Origin: Escherichia coli | GTDB lineage: Bacteria; Pseudomonadota; Gammaproteobacteria; Enterobacterales; Enterobacteriaceae | Assembly (NCBI RefSeq): GCF_051903065.1 | Contig: NZ_CP178438.1 | Length of the DNA: 64,000 nt | Reading direction: 5' to 3' (one strand) | Shown: piece by piece, positions 35,203 through 47,132 of the stretch | Layout of the letters: every line of letters starts with the position of its first letter | Position numbering within the stretch: position 1 is the stretch's first letter | Notes under the pieces: generated by a model | What the model saw: only the letters and a program-made list of their open reading frames with translations | What the model was told of the DNA's origin: nothing | Database searches by the model: none | Translations under genes and position numbers: made by a program

Positions 35203-35922
35203 ATGGATTTTTTTAGTGTGCAGAATATCCTGGTACATATACCAATAGGGGCAGGCGGTTATGATCTCTCATGGATCGAAGCGGTAGGCACGATCGCCGG
35301 GTTGCTGTGTATTGGCCTTGCCAGTCTGGAGAAGATCAGCAACTACTTCTTTGGCCTGATCAACGTCACCTTGTTTGGCATTATTTTCTTTCAGATTCAG
35401 CTGTATGCCAGCCTGCTATTACAGGTGTTTTTCTTTGCCGCGAATATTTACGGTTGGTATGCGTGGTCGCGACAAACCAGTCAGAACGAGGCGGAGTTGA
35501 AAATTCGCTGGTTGCCATTGCCGAAGGCGCTAAGCTGGTTGGCGGTTTGCGTTGTTTCGATTGGTCTGATGACGGTATTTATCAATCCGGTGTTTGCATT
35601 TTTGACCCGCGTGGCAGTCATGATCATGCAAGCATTAGGATTACAGGTTGTGATGCCTGAACTGCAACCGGACGCTTTCCCGTTCTGGGATTCATGCATG
35701 ATGGTGTTATCTATCGTGGCAATGATTCTGATGACGCGTAAGTATGTGGAAAACTGGCTGTTGTGGGTGATTATTAACGTGATTAGCGTCGTTATTTTTG
35801 CACTTCAGGGCGTTTACGCCATGTCTCTGGAGTACATCATCCTGACCTTTATTGCGCTCAACGGCAGCCGGATGTGGATCAACAGCGCACGTGAAAGAGG
35901 CTCACGCGCGCTGTCCCATTAA
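35203..35922 (+). CDS. pnuC: Nicotinamide riboside transporter PnuC
   Basis: 239-aa polytopic membrane ORF directly downstream of nadA. Confidence 0.95.
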   Translation: MDFFSVQNILVHIPIGAGGYDLSWIEAVGTIAGLLCIGLASLEKISNYFFGLINVTLFGIIFFQIQLYASLLLQVFFFAANIYGWYAWSRQTSQNEAELKIRWLPLPKALSWLAVCVVSIGLMTVFINPVFAFLTRVAVMIMQALGLQVVMPELQPDAFPFWDSCMMVLSIVAMILMTRKYVENWLLWVIINVISVVIFALQGVYAMSLEYIILTFIALNGSRMWINSARERGSRALSH

Positions 35923-36860
35923 TGGTGATGATGTGAATGGCCAGACACCCCTTCATTCAGGTGGCAGTCTGGCCCATGACAAGGTTGATATTCCATCTGA
36001 ATGGTGGCGTGCTCAATCTGATAGTGATCCATCAGGTAGTGTTGGATCTGATCCAACAAGGCATCGTGATCGTGTGGTGGGATCACCTGCACATGCAGCG
36101 TTATCACCGGCTTCTCGCCTACCATCCATACATGTACATGGTGCACATTGCGGACTTCTGGGATTTCCCGGCACATACGACGCTTCAGTTCAGCGATATC
36201 CAGCGATACCGGTGCACCTTCAAGTAATTCATTCACGCTATCTTTCAACAGTCGCCACGCGCTACGCAGAACCAGAAGCGACACCAGTATCGAGAGAATG
36301 GGGTCAGCAGGTGTCCAGCCGGTCCAGATAATAATCAACGCGGCAATAATAGCCCCAACCGAACCCAGCAGGTCCCCGAGCACATGCAGTGCCGCTGCTC
36401 GTACGTTGAGGTTTTTCTCTTCGCTGCCGTGATGAAGTAACCAGAAAGAAAGTATATTTGCCAGCAACCCAGCCACGGCAATTGCCATCATCATGCCGCC
36501 CTCGACCGGACGCGGCGTGCGGAAGCGTTCTATCGCCTCCCAGACAATCAAAATGGTAATTACCACGAGGGCGATGGCATTCACAAACGCCGCGAGCGTG
36601 GTCAGTCTTAGCCAACCGAAAGTGTGGCGAATGGTGGGAGGACGACGTGAAAATTGCACGGCGAGTAGGGCGAAAAGCAGGGCGGCAGTATCGGTCAACA
36701 TATGACCCGCATCGGCCAGCAAAGCCAGAGAACCAGAAAGAAAACCACCAATGACTTCTATCAGCATAAACCCGGCAGTCACGCCGAAAGCATACAACAA
36801 GCGACGAGCATTATTATCTTCTGGCAGGTGTGAGGACGTGTGTGAGTGTGAGTGCACCAT
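35919..36860 (-). CDS. zitB: Zinc efflux transporter ZitB (cation diffusion facilitator)
   Basis: 313-aa ORF with His-rich N- and C-termini (MVHSHSH...GHSHHHH); 3' end overlaps pnuC 3' end by 4 bp. Confidence 0.95.
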   Translation of the reverse strand: MVHSHSHTSSHLPEDNNARRLLYAFGVTAGFMLIEVIGGFLSGSLALLADAGHMLTDTAALLFALLAVQFSRRPPTIRHTFGWLRLTTLAAFVNAIALVVITILIVWEAIERFRTPRPVEGGMMMAIAVAGLLANILSFWLLHHGSEEKNLNVRAAALHVLGDLLGSVGAIIAALIIIWTGWTPADPILSILVSLLVLRSAWRLLKDSVNELLEGAPVSLDIAELKRRMCREIPEVRNVHHVHVWMVGEKPVITLHVQVIPPHDHDALLDQIQHYLMDHYQIEHATIQMEYQPCHGPDCHLNEGVSGHSHHHH

Positions 36861-36973
36861 GACGAGTCATCCCTTAATTATTCTCACTTAACTTTATGAC
36901 ATCATACTGCTTTTAGAAGGGAAAAATTAAAAGGGAGAGACTCCGCTCTCCCATTATTGGCTATTTTGCAGGG

Positions 36974-37354
36974 TTACTGCGTGGTACCGTCGGTTTTGGT
37001 ATCGACATCATTATTGATGCCATCACCGGTTTGTACCTTTTTATTGATATCCGGGCAGCGACCATCTTTGCACATGGTGTTCTTGTGCTCTTCATCTTTG
37101 GTCATGCCGTCATTGTTCATTGAAGAACCATCCGAATGCAGCATTGTGCCGCCAGAACCGGTATTTACCCCGTTATTGTCGACGTTATTTGGCGCAACAT
37201 TTTCACGGGCGTCAGGGGCTACCTGGCCCGCATCAGCGGCGGCGTTTGCCTGGCCGTTATTAGTTTGCGCTCCGCTATCGGCAGCCAGTGCGGCACCGCT
37301 GGCAAGGCTTAGAGTGGCAGTCAGAAATAATGTGGCCAGTTTTGTCATTTTCAT
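36974..37354 (-). CDS. ybgS: Secreted low-complexity protein YbgS
   Basis: 126-aa ORF with signal peptide and Asn/Gly/Asp-rich body. Confidence 0.85.
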
Positions 37355-37581
37355 AGGATGCTCCTGTTATGGTCGTTATGTCGGATAACCTCTTCCAACA
37401 GTGCATTTGCAGGTGAATATAAGGCATTGGTTTAAGATTTCAGCCAGGTTATGAAACGCAGCAGAGAATCTTGAAATAATTAACAAACAAAGGAGTTACA
37501 GTTAGAAATTGTAGGAGAGATCTCGTTTTTCGCGACAATCTGGCGTTTTTCTTGCTAATTCCAGGATTAATCCGTTCATAG

Positions 37582-37599
37582 TGTAAAACCCCGTTTACA
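37582..37599. promoter_or_regulatory. TyrR box upstream of aroG
   Basis: TGTAAA-N6-TTTACA (TGTAAAACCCCGTTTACA) about 70 bp upstream of the aroG start. Confidence 0.6.
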
Positions 37600-37669
37600 C
37601 ATTCTGACGGAAGATATAGATTGGAAGTATTGCATTCACTAAGATAAGTATGGCAACACTGGAACAGAC

Positions 37670-38722
37670 ATGAATTATCAGAACGACGATTTACGCATCA
37701 AAGAAATCAAAGAGTTACTTCCTCCTGTCGCATTGCTGGAAAAATTCCCCGCTACTGAAAATGCCGCTAATACGGTTGCCCATGCCCGAAAAGCGATCCA
37801 TAAAATCCTGAAAGGGAATGATGATCGCCTGTTAGTGGTGATTGGTCCGTGCTCAATTCATGATCCTGTAGCGGCTAAAGAGTACGCAACTCGCTTGTTG
37901 GCGCTGCGTGAAGAGCTGAAAGATGAGCTGGAAATCGTAATGCGCGTCTATTTTGAAAAGCCGCGCACCACGGTGGGCTGGAAAGGGCTGATTAACGATC
38001 CGCATATGGACAATAGCTTCCAGATCAACGACGGTTTGCGTATTGCCCGTAAATTGCTGCTCGATATTAACGACAGCGGTCTGCCAGCGGCGGGTGAGTT
38101 TCTCGATATGATCACCCCACAATATCTCGCTGACCTGATGAGCTGGGGCGCAATTGGCGCACGTACCACCGAATCGCAGGTGCACCGCGAACTGGCATCA
38201 GGGCTTTCTTGTCCGGTCGGCTTCAAAAATGGCACCGACGGTACGATTAAAGTGGCTATCGATGCCATTAATGCCGCCGGTGCGCCGCACTGCTTCCTGT
38301 CCGTAACGAAATGGGGGCATTCGGCGATTGTGAATACCAGCGGTAACGGTGATTGCCATATCATTCTGCGCGGCGGTAAAGAGCCTAACTACAGCGCGAA
38401 GCACGTTGCTGAAGTGAAAGAAGGGCTGAACAAAGCAGGCCTGCCAGCACAGGTGATGATCGATTTCAGCCATGCTAACTCGTCAAAACAATTCAAAAAG
38501 CAGATGGATGTTTGTGCTGACGTTTGCCAGCAGATTGCCGGTGGCGAAAAGGCCATTATCGGTGTGATGGTGGAAAGTCATCTGGTTGAAGGCAATCAGA
38601 GCCTGGAGAGCGGGGAGCCGCTGGCCTATGGTAAGAGCATCACCGATGCCTGCATTGGCTGGGAAGATACCGATGCTCTGTTACGTCAACTGGCGAACGC
38701 AGTGAAAGCGCGTCGCGGGTAA
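37670..38722 (+). CDS. aroG: DAHP synthase, Phe-sensitive
   Basis: 350-aa ORF, recognised AroG sequence. Confidence 0.97.
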   Translation: MNYQNDDLRIKEIKELLPPVALLEKFPATENAANTVAHARKAIHKILKGNDDRLLVVIGPCSIHDPVAAKEYATRLLALREELKDELEIVMRVYFEKPRTTVGWKGLINDPHMDNSFQINDGLRIARKLLLDINDSGLPAAGEFLDMITPQYLADLMSWGAIGARTTESQVHRELASGLSCPVGFKNGTDGTIKVAIDAINAAGAPHCFLSVTKWGHSAIVNTSGNGDCHIILRGGKEPNYSAKHVAEVKEGLNKAGLPAQVMIDFSHANSSKQFKKQMDVCADVCQQIAGGEKAIIGVMVESHLVEGNQSLESGEPLAYGKSITDACIGWEDTDALLRQLANAVKARRG

Positions 38723-38743
38723 GGTTTCATTGTTGGATGCGCC

Positions 38744-38815
38744 GCATGGATGGCGCATCCGATGAATAACCGTAGGTCTGATAATATGCGAGCGTCGCAT
38801 CAGGCAGTGCTTCGT
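38744..38815. repeat. REP-like palindromic unit downstream of aroG
   Basis: GGATGCGCCGCATGGATGGCGCATCC palindrome and GCGTCGCATCAGGC REP motif. Confidence 0.5.
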
Positions 38816-38831
38816 GGTTAGCGACGAAAAA

Positions 38832-38871
38832 CAAAAAAGCCGACTCATTTGCAGTCGGCTTTCTCATTTTT
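38832..38871. terminator. Bidirectional rho-independent terminator between convergent aroG and gpmA
   Basis: Hairpin AGCCGACT-CATTTGC-AGTCGGCT flanked by an A-run upstream and a T-run downstream. Confidence 0.7.
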
Positions 38872-38884
38872 AAGCGAATGACGT

Positions 38885-39637
38885 TTACTTCGCTTTACCC
38901 TGATTAGCAACCGCCGCTGCTTTCGCCGCGATCTCGTCAGCATTACCCAGATAATAACGTTTCAGCGGTTTGAAATTCTCGTCGAACTCATACACCAGCG
39001 GCACGCCAGTCGGGATATTCAGCTCAAGAATCTCTTCTTCGCTCATGTTATCAAGATATTTCACCAGCGCACGTAAAGAGTTACCGTGTGCAGCGATGAT
39101 CACGCGCTCACCGCTCTTCATACGCGGCAGAATGGTTTCATTCCAGTAAGGGATCACGCGGTCAATGGTCAGCGCCAGGCTTTCCGTCAGCGGCAGTTCT
39201 TTCTCGCTCAGTTTCGCGTAACGCGGATCGTGACCCGGATAACGCTCATCATCTTTAGTCAGTTCCGGCGGAGTCACTGCAAAACCACGACGCCACTGTT
39301 TCACCTGCTCGTCGCCATATTTTTCAGCAGTTTCCGCTTTGTTCAGACCCTGCAACGCACCGTAGTGACGTTCGTTCAGTTTCCAGGATTTCTCAACGGG
39401 CAGCCATGCCTGATCCAGTTCGTCCAGCACATTCCACAGGGTATGGATAGCGCGTTTCAGCACAGAGGTGTAAGCAAAGTCAAAGCTGTAACCTTCCTCT
39501 TTCAGCAGCTTACCTGCTGCTTTTGCTTCGCTTACGCCTTTCTCAGACAGATCCACGTCGTACCAACCGGTGAAACGGTTTTCTTTGTTCCACTGACTTT
39601 CGCCATGACGAACCAGAACCAGCTTAGTTACAGCCAT
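38885..39637 (-). CDS. gpmA: 2,3-bisphosphoglycerate-dependent phosphoglycerate mutase
   Basis: Start placed at [17 protein letters not shown] (catalytic RHGE motif); 250 aa. Confidence 0.95.
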
Positions 39638-39662
39638 ATACTTACTCCTCAAATCATCTTTT

Positions 39663-39685
39663 AATGATAATAATTCTCATTATAT
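39663..39685. promoter_or_regulatory. Candidate Fur box upstream of gpmA
   Basis: AATGATAATAATTCTCATTAT resembles the GATAATGATAATCATTATC Fur consensus, just upstream of the gpmA start. Confidence 0.4.
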
Positions 39686-39839
39686 TGCTGTGACGAAGCA
39701 ACAGCAATGCTTACGCATAACCATAGCGAAAATAGTGTCGCAGTGTAAGGTTGTTGTGAATATTGAGTTGCAAATATGTCGGTGTTTGCTGGTGATTTGA
39801 ACATTACAAGGGGAAAGCCCTCATCGCGAGGGCTTAAAC

Positions 39840-40880
39840 TTACTCAGCAATAAACTGATATTCCGTCAGGCTGGAATACTCTTCACCAGGATGCAGGAAG
39901 CAGTCCGGTTGCGGCCATTCAGGGTGGTTCGGGCTGTCCGGCAGAAACTCGCTTTCCAACGCCAGCCCTTGCCAGTCGGCGTAAGGTTCGGTTCCCCGCG
40001 ACGGTGTGCCGCCGAGGAAGTTGCCGGAGTAGAATTGCAGAGCCGGAGCGGTGGTGTAGACCTTCAGCTGCAATTTTTCATCTGCTGACCAGACATGCGC
40101 CGCCACTTTCTTGCCATTGCCTTTGGCCTGTAACAAGAATGCGTGATCGTAACCTTTCACTTTGCGCTGATCGTCGTCGGCAAGAAACTCACTGGCGATG
40201 ATTTTGGCGCTGCGGAAATCAAAAGACGTTCCGGCGACAGATTTCAGGCCGTCGTGCGGAATGCCGCCTTCATCAACCGGCAGATATTCGTCCGCCAGAA
40301 TCTGCAACTTGTGATTGCGCACGTCAGACTGCTCGCCGTCAAGATTGAAATAGACGTGATTAGTCATATTCACCGGGCAAGGTTTATCAACTGTGGCGCG
40401 ATAAGTAATAGAGATACGGTTATCGTCGGTCAGACGATATTGCACCGTCGCGCCGAGATTACCCGGGAAGCCCTGATCGCCATCATCTGAACTCAGGGCA
40501 AACAGCACCTGACGATCGTTCTGGTTCACAATCTGCCAGCGACGTTTGTCGAATCCTTCCGGGCCGCCGTGCAGTTGGTTAACGCCCTGACTTGGCGAAA
40601 GCGTCACGGTTTCACCGTCAAAGGTATAACGGCTATTGGCGATGCGGTTGGCGTAACGACCAATAGAGGCCCCCAGAAATGCGGCCTGATCCTGATAGCA
40701 TTCCGGGCTGGCGCAGCCAAGCAGCGCCTCGCGGACGCTGCCATCGGAAAGCGGAATACGGGCTGAAAGTAAAGTCGCACCCCAGTCCATCAGCGTGACT
40801 ACCATCCCTGCGTTGTTACGCAAAGTTAACAGTCGGTACGGCTGACCATCGGGTGCCAGTGCGGGAGTTTCGTTCAGCAC
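39840..40880 (-). CDS. galM: Aldose 1-epimerase (galactose mutarotase)
   Basis: 346-aa ORF, last gene of the gal operon. Confidence 0.95.
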   Translation of the reverse strand: MLNETPALAPDGQPYRLLTLRNNAGMVVTLMDWGATLLSARIPLSDGSVREALLGCASPECYQDQAAFLGASIGRYANRIANSRYTFDGETVTLSPSQGVNQLHGGPEGFDKRRWQIVNQNDRQVLFALSSDDGDQGFPGNLGATVQYRLTDDNRISITYRATVDKPCPVNMTNHVYFNLDGEQSDVRNHKLQILADEYLPVDEGGIPHDGLKSVAGTSFDFRSAKIIASEFLADDDQRKVKGYDHAFLLQAKGNGKKVAAHVWSADEKLQLKVYTTAPALQFYSGNFLGGTPSRGTEPYADWQGLALESEFLPDSPNHPEWPQPDCFLHPGEEYSSLTEYQFIAE

Positions 40881-42022
40881 TGTCCTGCTCCTTGTGATGG
40901 TTTACAAACGTAAAAAGTCTCTTTAATACCTGTTTTTTCTTCATATTGTTCAGCGACAGCTTGCTGTACGGCAGGCACCAGCTTTTCCGGGATCAGGGCG
41001 ATAATACAGCCACCAAATCCACCGCCGGTCATGCGTACGCCACCTTTGTCGCCAATCACAGCTTTTACGATTTCGACCAGGGTGTCAATTTGCGGCACGG
41101 TGATTTCGAAATCATCGCGCATAGAGGCATGAGACTCTGCCATCAACTCGCCCATACGTTTCAGGTCGCCTTGCTCCAGCGCGCTGGCAGCTTCAACGGT
41201 GCGGGCGTTTTCAGTCAGGATATGACGCACACGTTTCGCTACGATCGGGTCCAGTTCATGCGCTACGGCGTTGAACTCTTCAATGGTGACATCGCGCAGG
41301 GCCGGTTGTTGGAAGAAACGCGCACCGGTTTCACACTGCTCACGGCGGGTGTTGTATTCGCTGCCAACCAGGGTACGTTTGAAGTTACTGTTGATGATGA
41401 CCACAGCCACGCCTTTCGGCATGGAAACCGCTTTGGTCCCCAGCGAGCGGCAGTCGATCAGCAAGGCGTGATCTTTTTTGCCGAGCGCGGAAATAAGTTG
41501 ATCCATGATCCCGCAGTTACAGCCAACAAACTGGTTTTCTGCTTCCTGACCGTTAAGCGCGATTTGTGCGCCGTCCAGCGGCAGATGATAAAGCTGCTGC
41601 AATACGGTTCCGACCGCCACTTCCAGTGAGGCGGAAGAACTTAACCCGGCACCCTGCGGCACGTTGCCGCTGATCACCATGTCCACGCCGCCGAAGTTGT
41701 TGTTACGCAGTTGCAGATGTTTCACCACGCCACGAACGTAGTTAGCCCATTGATAGTTTTCATGAGCGACAATGGGCGCATCAAGGGAAAACTCATCAAG
41801 CTGATTTTCATAATCGGCTGCCATTACGCGAACTTTACGGTCATCGCGTGGCGCACAGCTAATGACAGTTTGATAATCAATCGCGCAGGGCAGAACGAAA
41901 CCGTCGTTGTAGTCGGTGTGTTCGCCAATCAGATTCACGCGGCCAGGCGCCTGAATGGTGTGAGTGGCAGGGTAGCCAAATGCGTTAGCAAACAGAGATT
42001 GTGTTTTTTCTTTCAGACTCAT
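40874..42022 (-). CDS. galK: Galactokinase
   Basis: 382-aa ORF with GHMP kinase motifs. Confidence 0.97.
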   Translation of the reverse strand: MSLKEKTQSLFANAFGYPATHTIQAPGRVNLIGEHTDYNDGFVLPCAIDYQTVISCAPRDDRKVRVMAADYENQLDEFSLDAPIVAHENYQWANYVRGVVKHLQLRNNNFGGVDMVISGNVPQGAGLSSSASLEVAVGTVLQQLYHLPLDGAQIALNGQEAENQFVGCNCGIMDQLISALGKKDHALLIDCRSLGTKAVSMPKGVAVVIINSNFKRTLVGSEYNTRREQCETGARFFQQPALRDVTIEEFNAVAHELDPIVAKRVRHILTENARTVEAASALEQGDLKRMGELMAESHASMRDDFEITVPQIDTLVEIVKAVIGDKGGVRMTGGGFGGCIIALIPEKLVPAVQQAVAEQYEEKTGIKETFYVCKPSQGAGQC

Positions 42023-42025
42023 TTC

Positions 42026-43072
42026 TTACACTCCGGATTCGCGAAAATGGATATCGCTGACTGCGCGCAAACGCTCTGCTGCCTGTTCTGCCGTCAGATC
42101 ACGCTGGGTTTCTGCCAGCATTTCATAACCGACCATAAATTTACGTACGGTGGCGGAGCGCAACAGAGGCGGATAAAAGTGCGCGTGCAGCTGCCAGTGT
42201 TGATTCTCTTCGCCATTAAACGGCGCGCCGTGCCAGCCCATAGAGTAGGGGAAAGAGCACTGGAAGAGGTTGTCATAGCGACTGGTCAGCTTTTTCAACG
42301 CCAGCGCCAGATCGCTGCGCTGGGCGTCGGTCAAATCGGTGATCCGCAAAACGTGGGCTTTGGGCAGCAGCAGCGTTTCGAACGGCCAGGCAGCCCAGTA
42401 AGGCACAACAGCTAACCAGTGTTCGGTTTCGACAACGGTACGGCTACCGTCTGCCAGCTCGCGCTGAACATAATCCACCAGCATTGGCGATTTCTGCTCG
42501 GCAAAATATTCTTTTTGCAGGCGGTCTTCGCGCTCAGCTTCGTTAGGCAGGAAGCTATTTGCCCAAATCTGTCCGTGCGGATGCGGGTTAGAGCAGCCCA
42601 TCGCCGCGCCTTTGTTTTCAAATACCTGCACCCACGGATACGTTTTTCCCAGCTTTGCGGTTTGCTCCTGCCAGGTTTTGACGATTTCCGTCAATGCCGC
42701 AACGCTGAGTTCTGGCAGTGTTTTACTGTGATCCGGTGAAAAGCAGATCACCCGGCTGGTACCGCGCGCGCTCTGGCAACGCATCAGCGGATCGTTGCTT
42801 TCTGGCGCATCCGGCGTGTCAGACATCAAGGCCGCAAAGTCATTAGTGAAAACGTAAGTCCCGGTGTAATCGGGGTTTTTATCGCCTGTCACCCGCACAT
42901 TACCTGCGCAGAGGAAGCAATCTGGATCGTGCGCAGGTAACACCTGTTTGGCTGGCGTTTCCTGCGCCCCCTGCCAGGGGCGCTTAGCGCGATGCGGTGA
43001 AACCAGAATCCATTGCCCGGTGAGCGGGTTGTAGCGGCGATGTGGATGATCAACGGGATTAAATTGCGTCAT
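42026..43072 (-). CDS. galT: Galactose-1-phosphate uridylyltransferase
   Basis: 348-aa ORF with HPHGQ active-site motif. Confidence 0.97.
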   Translation of the reverse strand: MTQFNPVDHPHRRYNPLTGQWILVSPHRAKRPWQGAQETPAKQVLPAHDPDCFLCAGNVRVTGDKNPDYTGTYVFTNDFAALMSDTPDAPESNDPLMRCQSARGTSRVICFSPDHSKTLPELSVAALTEIVKTWQEQTAKLGKTYPWVQVFENKGAAMGCSNPHPHGQIWANSFLPNEAEREDRLQKEYFAEQKSPMLVDYVQRELADGSRTVVETEHWLAVVPYWAAWPFETLLLPKAHVLRITDLTDAQRSDLALALKKLTSRYDNLFQCSFPYSMGWHGAPFNGEENQHWQLHAHFYPPLLRSATVRKFMVGYEMLAETQRDLTAEQAAERLRAVSDIHFRESGV

Positions 43073-43081
43073 GGTCGTTCC

Positions 43082-44098
43082 TTAATCGGGATATCCCTGT
43101 GGATGGCGTGACTGCCAGTGCCAGGTGTCCTGCGCCATTTCATCGAGTGTGCGCGTTACGCGCCAGTTCAGTTCACGGTCGGCTTTGCTGGCGTCCGCCC
43201 AGTAGGCCGGAAGGTCGCCCTCGCGACGCGGTGCAAAATGATAATTAACCGGTTTGCCGCAGGCTTTGCTGAAGGCATTAACCACGTCCAGCACGCTGCT
43301 GCCTACGCCAGCACCGAGGTTGTAGATGTGTACGCCTGGCTTGTTCGCCAGTTTTTCCATCGCCACGACGTGACCGTCCGCCAGATCCATTACGTGGATG
43401 TAATCGCGTACGCCAGTACCGTCTTCGGTCGGATAATCGTTACCAAAAATCGCCAGCGAGTCGCGACGGCCTACAGCAACCTGGGCGATGTATGGCATCA
43501 GGTTATTCGGAATGCCTTGCGGATCTTCGCCCATATCGCCCGACGGATGCGCGCCAACCGGGTTGAAGTAGCGCAGCAGGGCAATGCTCCAGTCCGGCTG
43601 GGCTTTTTGCAGATCGGTGAGGATCTGTTCCACCATCAGCTTGCTTTTGCCGTAAGGGCTTTGCGGTGTGCCGGTCGGGAAGCTTTCAACGTATGGAATT
43701 TTGGGCTGATCGCCATAAACGGTGGCGGAGGAGCTAAAAATAAAGTTTTTGACGTTAGCGGCGCGCATGGCGCTAATCAGGCGCAGAGTACCGTTGACAT
43801 TGTTGTCGTAATATTCCAGCGGTTTTTGTACCGATTCGCCAACGGCTTTCAGCCCGGCGAAGTGGATCACGGTGTCGATAGCGTGATCGTGCAGGATCTC
43901 GGTCATCAACGCTTCGTTACGGATATCGCCTTCAACAAACGTTGGATGTTTGCCGCCTAAACGCTCGATAACAGGCAGTACGCTGCGCTTACTGTTACAG
44001 AGGTTATCAAGAATGATGACATCATGACCGTTTTGCAGTAATTGCACACAGGTATGACTTCCAATGTAACCGCTACCACCGGTGACCAGAACTCTCAT
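43082..44098 (-). CDS. galE: UDP-glucose 4-epimerase
   Basis: Start placed at MRVLVTGGSGYIGSH (Rossmann motif); 338 aa. Confidence 0.97.
   Translation of the reverse strand: MRVLVTGGSGYIGSHTCVQLLQNGHDVIILDNLCNSKRSVLPVIERLGGKHPTFVEGDIRNEALMTEILHDHAIDTVIHFAGLKAVGESVQKPLEYYDNNVNGTLRLISAMRAANVKNFIFSSSATVYGDQPKIPYVESFPTGTPQSPYGKSKLMVEQILTDLQKAQPDWSIALLRYFNPVGAHPSGDMGEDPQGIPNNLMPYIAQVAVGRRDSLAIFGNDYPTEDGTGVRDYIHVMDLADGHVVAMEKLANKPGVHIYNLGAGVGSSVLDVVNAFSKACGKPVNYHFAPRREGDLPAYWADASKADRELNWRVTRTLDEMAQDTWHWQSRHPQGYPD
44065..44080. promoter_or_regulatory. gal internal operator OI (GalR/GalS site) inside the 5' end of galE
   Basis: ATGTAACCGCTACCAC on the plus strand is the reverse complement of the OI sequence GTGGTAGCGGTTACAT. 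Confidence 0.7.
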
Positions 44099-44176
44099 AA
44101 TTCGCTCCATTAGGCTTATGGTATGAAATAACCATAGCATAACAAAGATGCGAAAAGTGTGACATGGAATAAATTA

Positions 44177-44192
44177 GTGGAATCGTTTACAC
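44177..44192. promoter_or_regulatory. gal external operator OE (GalR/GalS site) in the galP1/P2 promoter region
   Basis: GTGGAATCGTTTACAC on the plus strand is the reverse complement of the OE sequence GTGTAAACGATTCCAC. Confidence 0.75.
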
Positions 44193-44359
44193 AAGAGTTT
44201 AGCCATTTTTTATGTGCGATTAAGTGATTATAAAACAGAGGGTTTATGAATGATTGCGCTTTTTATCTGAAAAAAAGACGCGGTTTCATGCCTGCATGCG
44301 TCGAACCGTTGGCCGGAGAGGGCGCTTAGGCCGCCTCCGGCAAGGTCAGCACTACCGAC

Positions 44360-45832
44360 TCAATATATTTTTGTCAGCACATAGCGATAGAGTCCACCGT
44401 CCGGCACGAACTCAAGACGATGGGTAATACAGGCAGGCGCATCTTCAGCGTGGTGCGAAACAAACAACAATTGCGTTTCACCTTCGCTAATCAGCACATC
44501 AACAAAACGGCGGATAAGCTGGCGATTCAGCGGATCAAGCCCCTGTAGTGGTTCATCGAGAATAAGCAACGTCGGATGTTTCACCAGTGCGCGGACGATC
44601 AGCGCCAGACGCTGCTGTCCCCAGGAAAGACTATGGAAAGGAGCGTCAGCCGTGCGTTTATCAATGCCGAGAATATCCAGCCACTGCTGCACCAGCTTTT
44701 GCTGGCGATCCGAAACGGCCTGATAAATACCAATCGAATCAAAATAGCCAGAAAGAATCACATTACGCACAGTAGTACTGACACGGTAATCCAGATGCAA
44801 ACTACTACTGACGTAACCAATATGTTTCTTGATGTCCCAGATGGTTTCACCGCTGCCGCGACGTCGGCCGAAAAGCGTTAAATCGTTGCTGTATCCCTGC
44901 GGATGATCGCCAGTGATAAGGCTCAATAACGTTGATTTTCCCGCGCCATTTGGCCCGACAATTTGCCAGTGCTCGCCCGGATTCACCCGCCAGCTAAGGT
45001 TATTAAGAATGGGGCGATCATTATAAGAAACCACGCCATTGTTCAGCACAATGCGCGGTTCGTTGGCGGGCAGGGCGTGACGCGCCGAAGGTTCATCTGG
45101 TTCCGGCTGTTGCACGCCATCAAGCCGTTCACTGTGCGCTAGTTGCGCAACGAGTGCCTGCTGGAGTAGTTCCTCTTTAGCGCCAGTTTCCGCTAACGTG
45201 CAATCCGCCAGCACGCCAGCAAACTGGACAAATTCCGGGATCTCATCGAAGCGATTAAGCACCAGTACCAGGGTAATACCGGACTGATGTAACGAGGCGA
45301 GTAATTCTGCCAGTTGCTGACGTGAGGCAACATCCAGACCATCGAACGGTTCATCAAGAATCAATAAGTCAGGCTCCGACATCAGTGCCTGACACAGCAG
45401 GATTTTACGTGTCTCGCCAGTGGAAAGATATTTAAAGCGTCGGTCGAGAAGGGCGGTAATACCGAACTGCTGCGCCAGCTGCATGCAACGCGGTGCATCC
45501 TTAACTTCATCCTGAATGATTTCAGCCGTGGTGCGTCCGGTGTCATCTTCGCCAGGACTAAGCATATCGGTGTTATTGCGCTGCCATTCGTCGCTGACAA
45601 GCTTTTGCAATTGCTCGAAGGAGAGACGAGTGATGTGGGAAAACTGGCTTTGCCGTTCACCTTTCAAAAGCGGAAGTTCTCCCGCCAGCGCGCGGGCCAG
45701 CGCCGACTTGCCACTACCGTTAGAACCGACAAACGCCCAACTATCACCCGCGTTTAACGTTAGCTGAGGCAATTGCAGCGTTTTTGTGTCGCTAAGACGA
45801 AACGTGCCTTGCAAAATTTGCAACGATGACAT
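44360..45832 (-). CDS. modF: ABC-type ATPase ModF (two nucleotide-binding domains)
   Basis: Start placed at MSSLQI; two Walker A motifs (GSNGSGKS, GPNGAGKS). Confidence 0.9.
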   Translation of the reverse strand: MSSLQILQGTFRLSDTKTLQLPQLTLNAGDSWAFVGSNGSGKSALARALAGELPLLKGERQSQFSHITRLSFEQLQKLVSDEWQRNNTDMLSPGEDDTGRTTAEIIQDEVKDAPRCMQLAQQFGITALLDRRFKYLSTGETRKILLCQALMSEPDLLILDEPFDGLDVASRQQLAELLASLHQSGITLVLVLNRFDEIPEFVQFAGVLADCTLAETGAKEELLQQALVAQLAHSERLDGVQQPEPDEPSARHALPANEPRIVLNNGVVSYNDRPILNNLSWRVNPGEHWQIVGPNGAGKSTLLSLITGDHPQGYSNDLTLFGRRRGSGETIWDIKKHIGYVSSSLHLDYRVSTTVRNVILSGYFDSIGIYQAVSDRQQKLVQQWLDILGIDKRTADAPFHSLSWGQQRLALIVRALVKHPTLLILDEPLQGLDPLNRQLIRRFVDVLISEGETQLLFVSHHAEDAPACITHRLEFVPDGGLYRYVLTKIY

Positions 45833-45899
45833 TTTGTATCCCATTTTTTGCAGCGATTAATGACAGGGATACGTGTTTCATAACAAATTGTCAACACGC

Positions 45900-46688
45900 T
45901 TAGCAAAGCGTGGCGATAATCACGCTGTCGGCGTTGAAGTAAGCCTTGACATTCTGCCCTTGTTCAAGAGAAGCTGCTTCATTTACCGGCACCGTGGCGC
46001 ACAAGGTTTGCCCGTCAGGTAACGCCATTAACACTTCGCACTGTTCTGCGCCGCGCTCTATATGGCGAATAATGCCCGGCAATTGGTTGTCGGCACTCTG
46101 GGCTACAGCGTCATCCTGGGTAATGTTCACCCACGGCGCTTTCAGCAGAATCAACACTTCTTTGCCTTCATCCAGCCCCAGACGCGCACCGCTTTGTGCG
46201 GTAATCGCGGCTTTCAGGCGCGTTTTACCGTCTGCCAGTAACACGTCTACATGTTGTTGAACATCATCATTATTACGAGCGGTGATCGTACCGAACCACT
46301 GGTTACGGGCGCTGGTCTGCAGTGAAAAACGTGAGATGGCTGCCAGCAGACTATTGAGTGGCAGGGCGTCGTCATCACTTAATACATCAAAGGCTTTTTG
46401 CTGGATCTGGGCGAGCAGATCGTAAAGCTGAATCAGTCGTTGGCCATAGCGAGTCAGCATCGCGCCGCCGCCGCCTTTTCCGCCTGTTGCGCGCTCAACC
46501 AGCGTATGCTCGCTTAACTGATTCATTTCGTTAATGGCATCCCAGGCGCTTTTATAGCTGATACCGGCATCTTTCGCCCCCTGGCTGATGGAACCGGAAA
46601 GCGCAATATGTTTTAGTAGTGAAATGCGGCGTGGGTCGGCAAAGAGCTTTTGTTGAAGCTTAAGGGTGAGAAGGATTTCGGCCTGCAT
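45900..46688 (-). CDS. modE: Molybdate-responsive transcriptional regulator ModE
   Basis: 262-aa ORF, recognised ModE sequence. Confidence 0.95.
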   Translation of the reverse strand: MQAEILLTLKLQQKLFADPRRISLLKHIALSGSISQGAKDAGISYKSAWDAINEMNQLSEHTLVERATGGKGGGGAMLTRYGQRLIQLYDLLAQIQQKAFDVLSDDDALPLNSLLAAISRFSLQTSARNQWFGTITARNNDDVQQHVDVLLADGKTRLKAAITAQSGARLGLDEGKEVLILLKAPWVNITQDDAVAQSADNQLPGIIRHIERGAEQCEVLMALPDGQTLCATVPVNEAASLEQGQNVKAYFNADSVIIATLC

Positions 46689-46690
46689 AA

Positions 46691-46966
<276 letters not shown>

Positions 46967-47088
46967 TTCCCTGAATGCCCGCTTTTGCGGGCGTTATCTT
47001 TTTTCTCAACTTCCTGCTTTTCCTGCCGATATTTTTTCTAGCTACCTCTCAAAGGTTAACAATAACTGCTGGGAAAATTCTGAGCTTA

Positions 47089-47122
47089 CCGTTATATTGA
47101 CGCCTACATAACGTTATATAAA
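47089..47122. promoter_or_regulatory. Candidate ModE operator in the modA promoter
   Basis: CGTTATAT ... TACATAACGTTATATA repeated elements immediately upstream of modA. Confidence 0.4.
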
Positions 47123-47132
47123 GGGGTTATAA

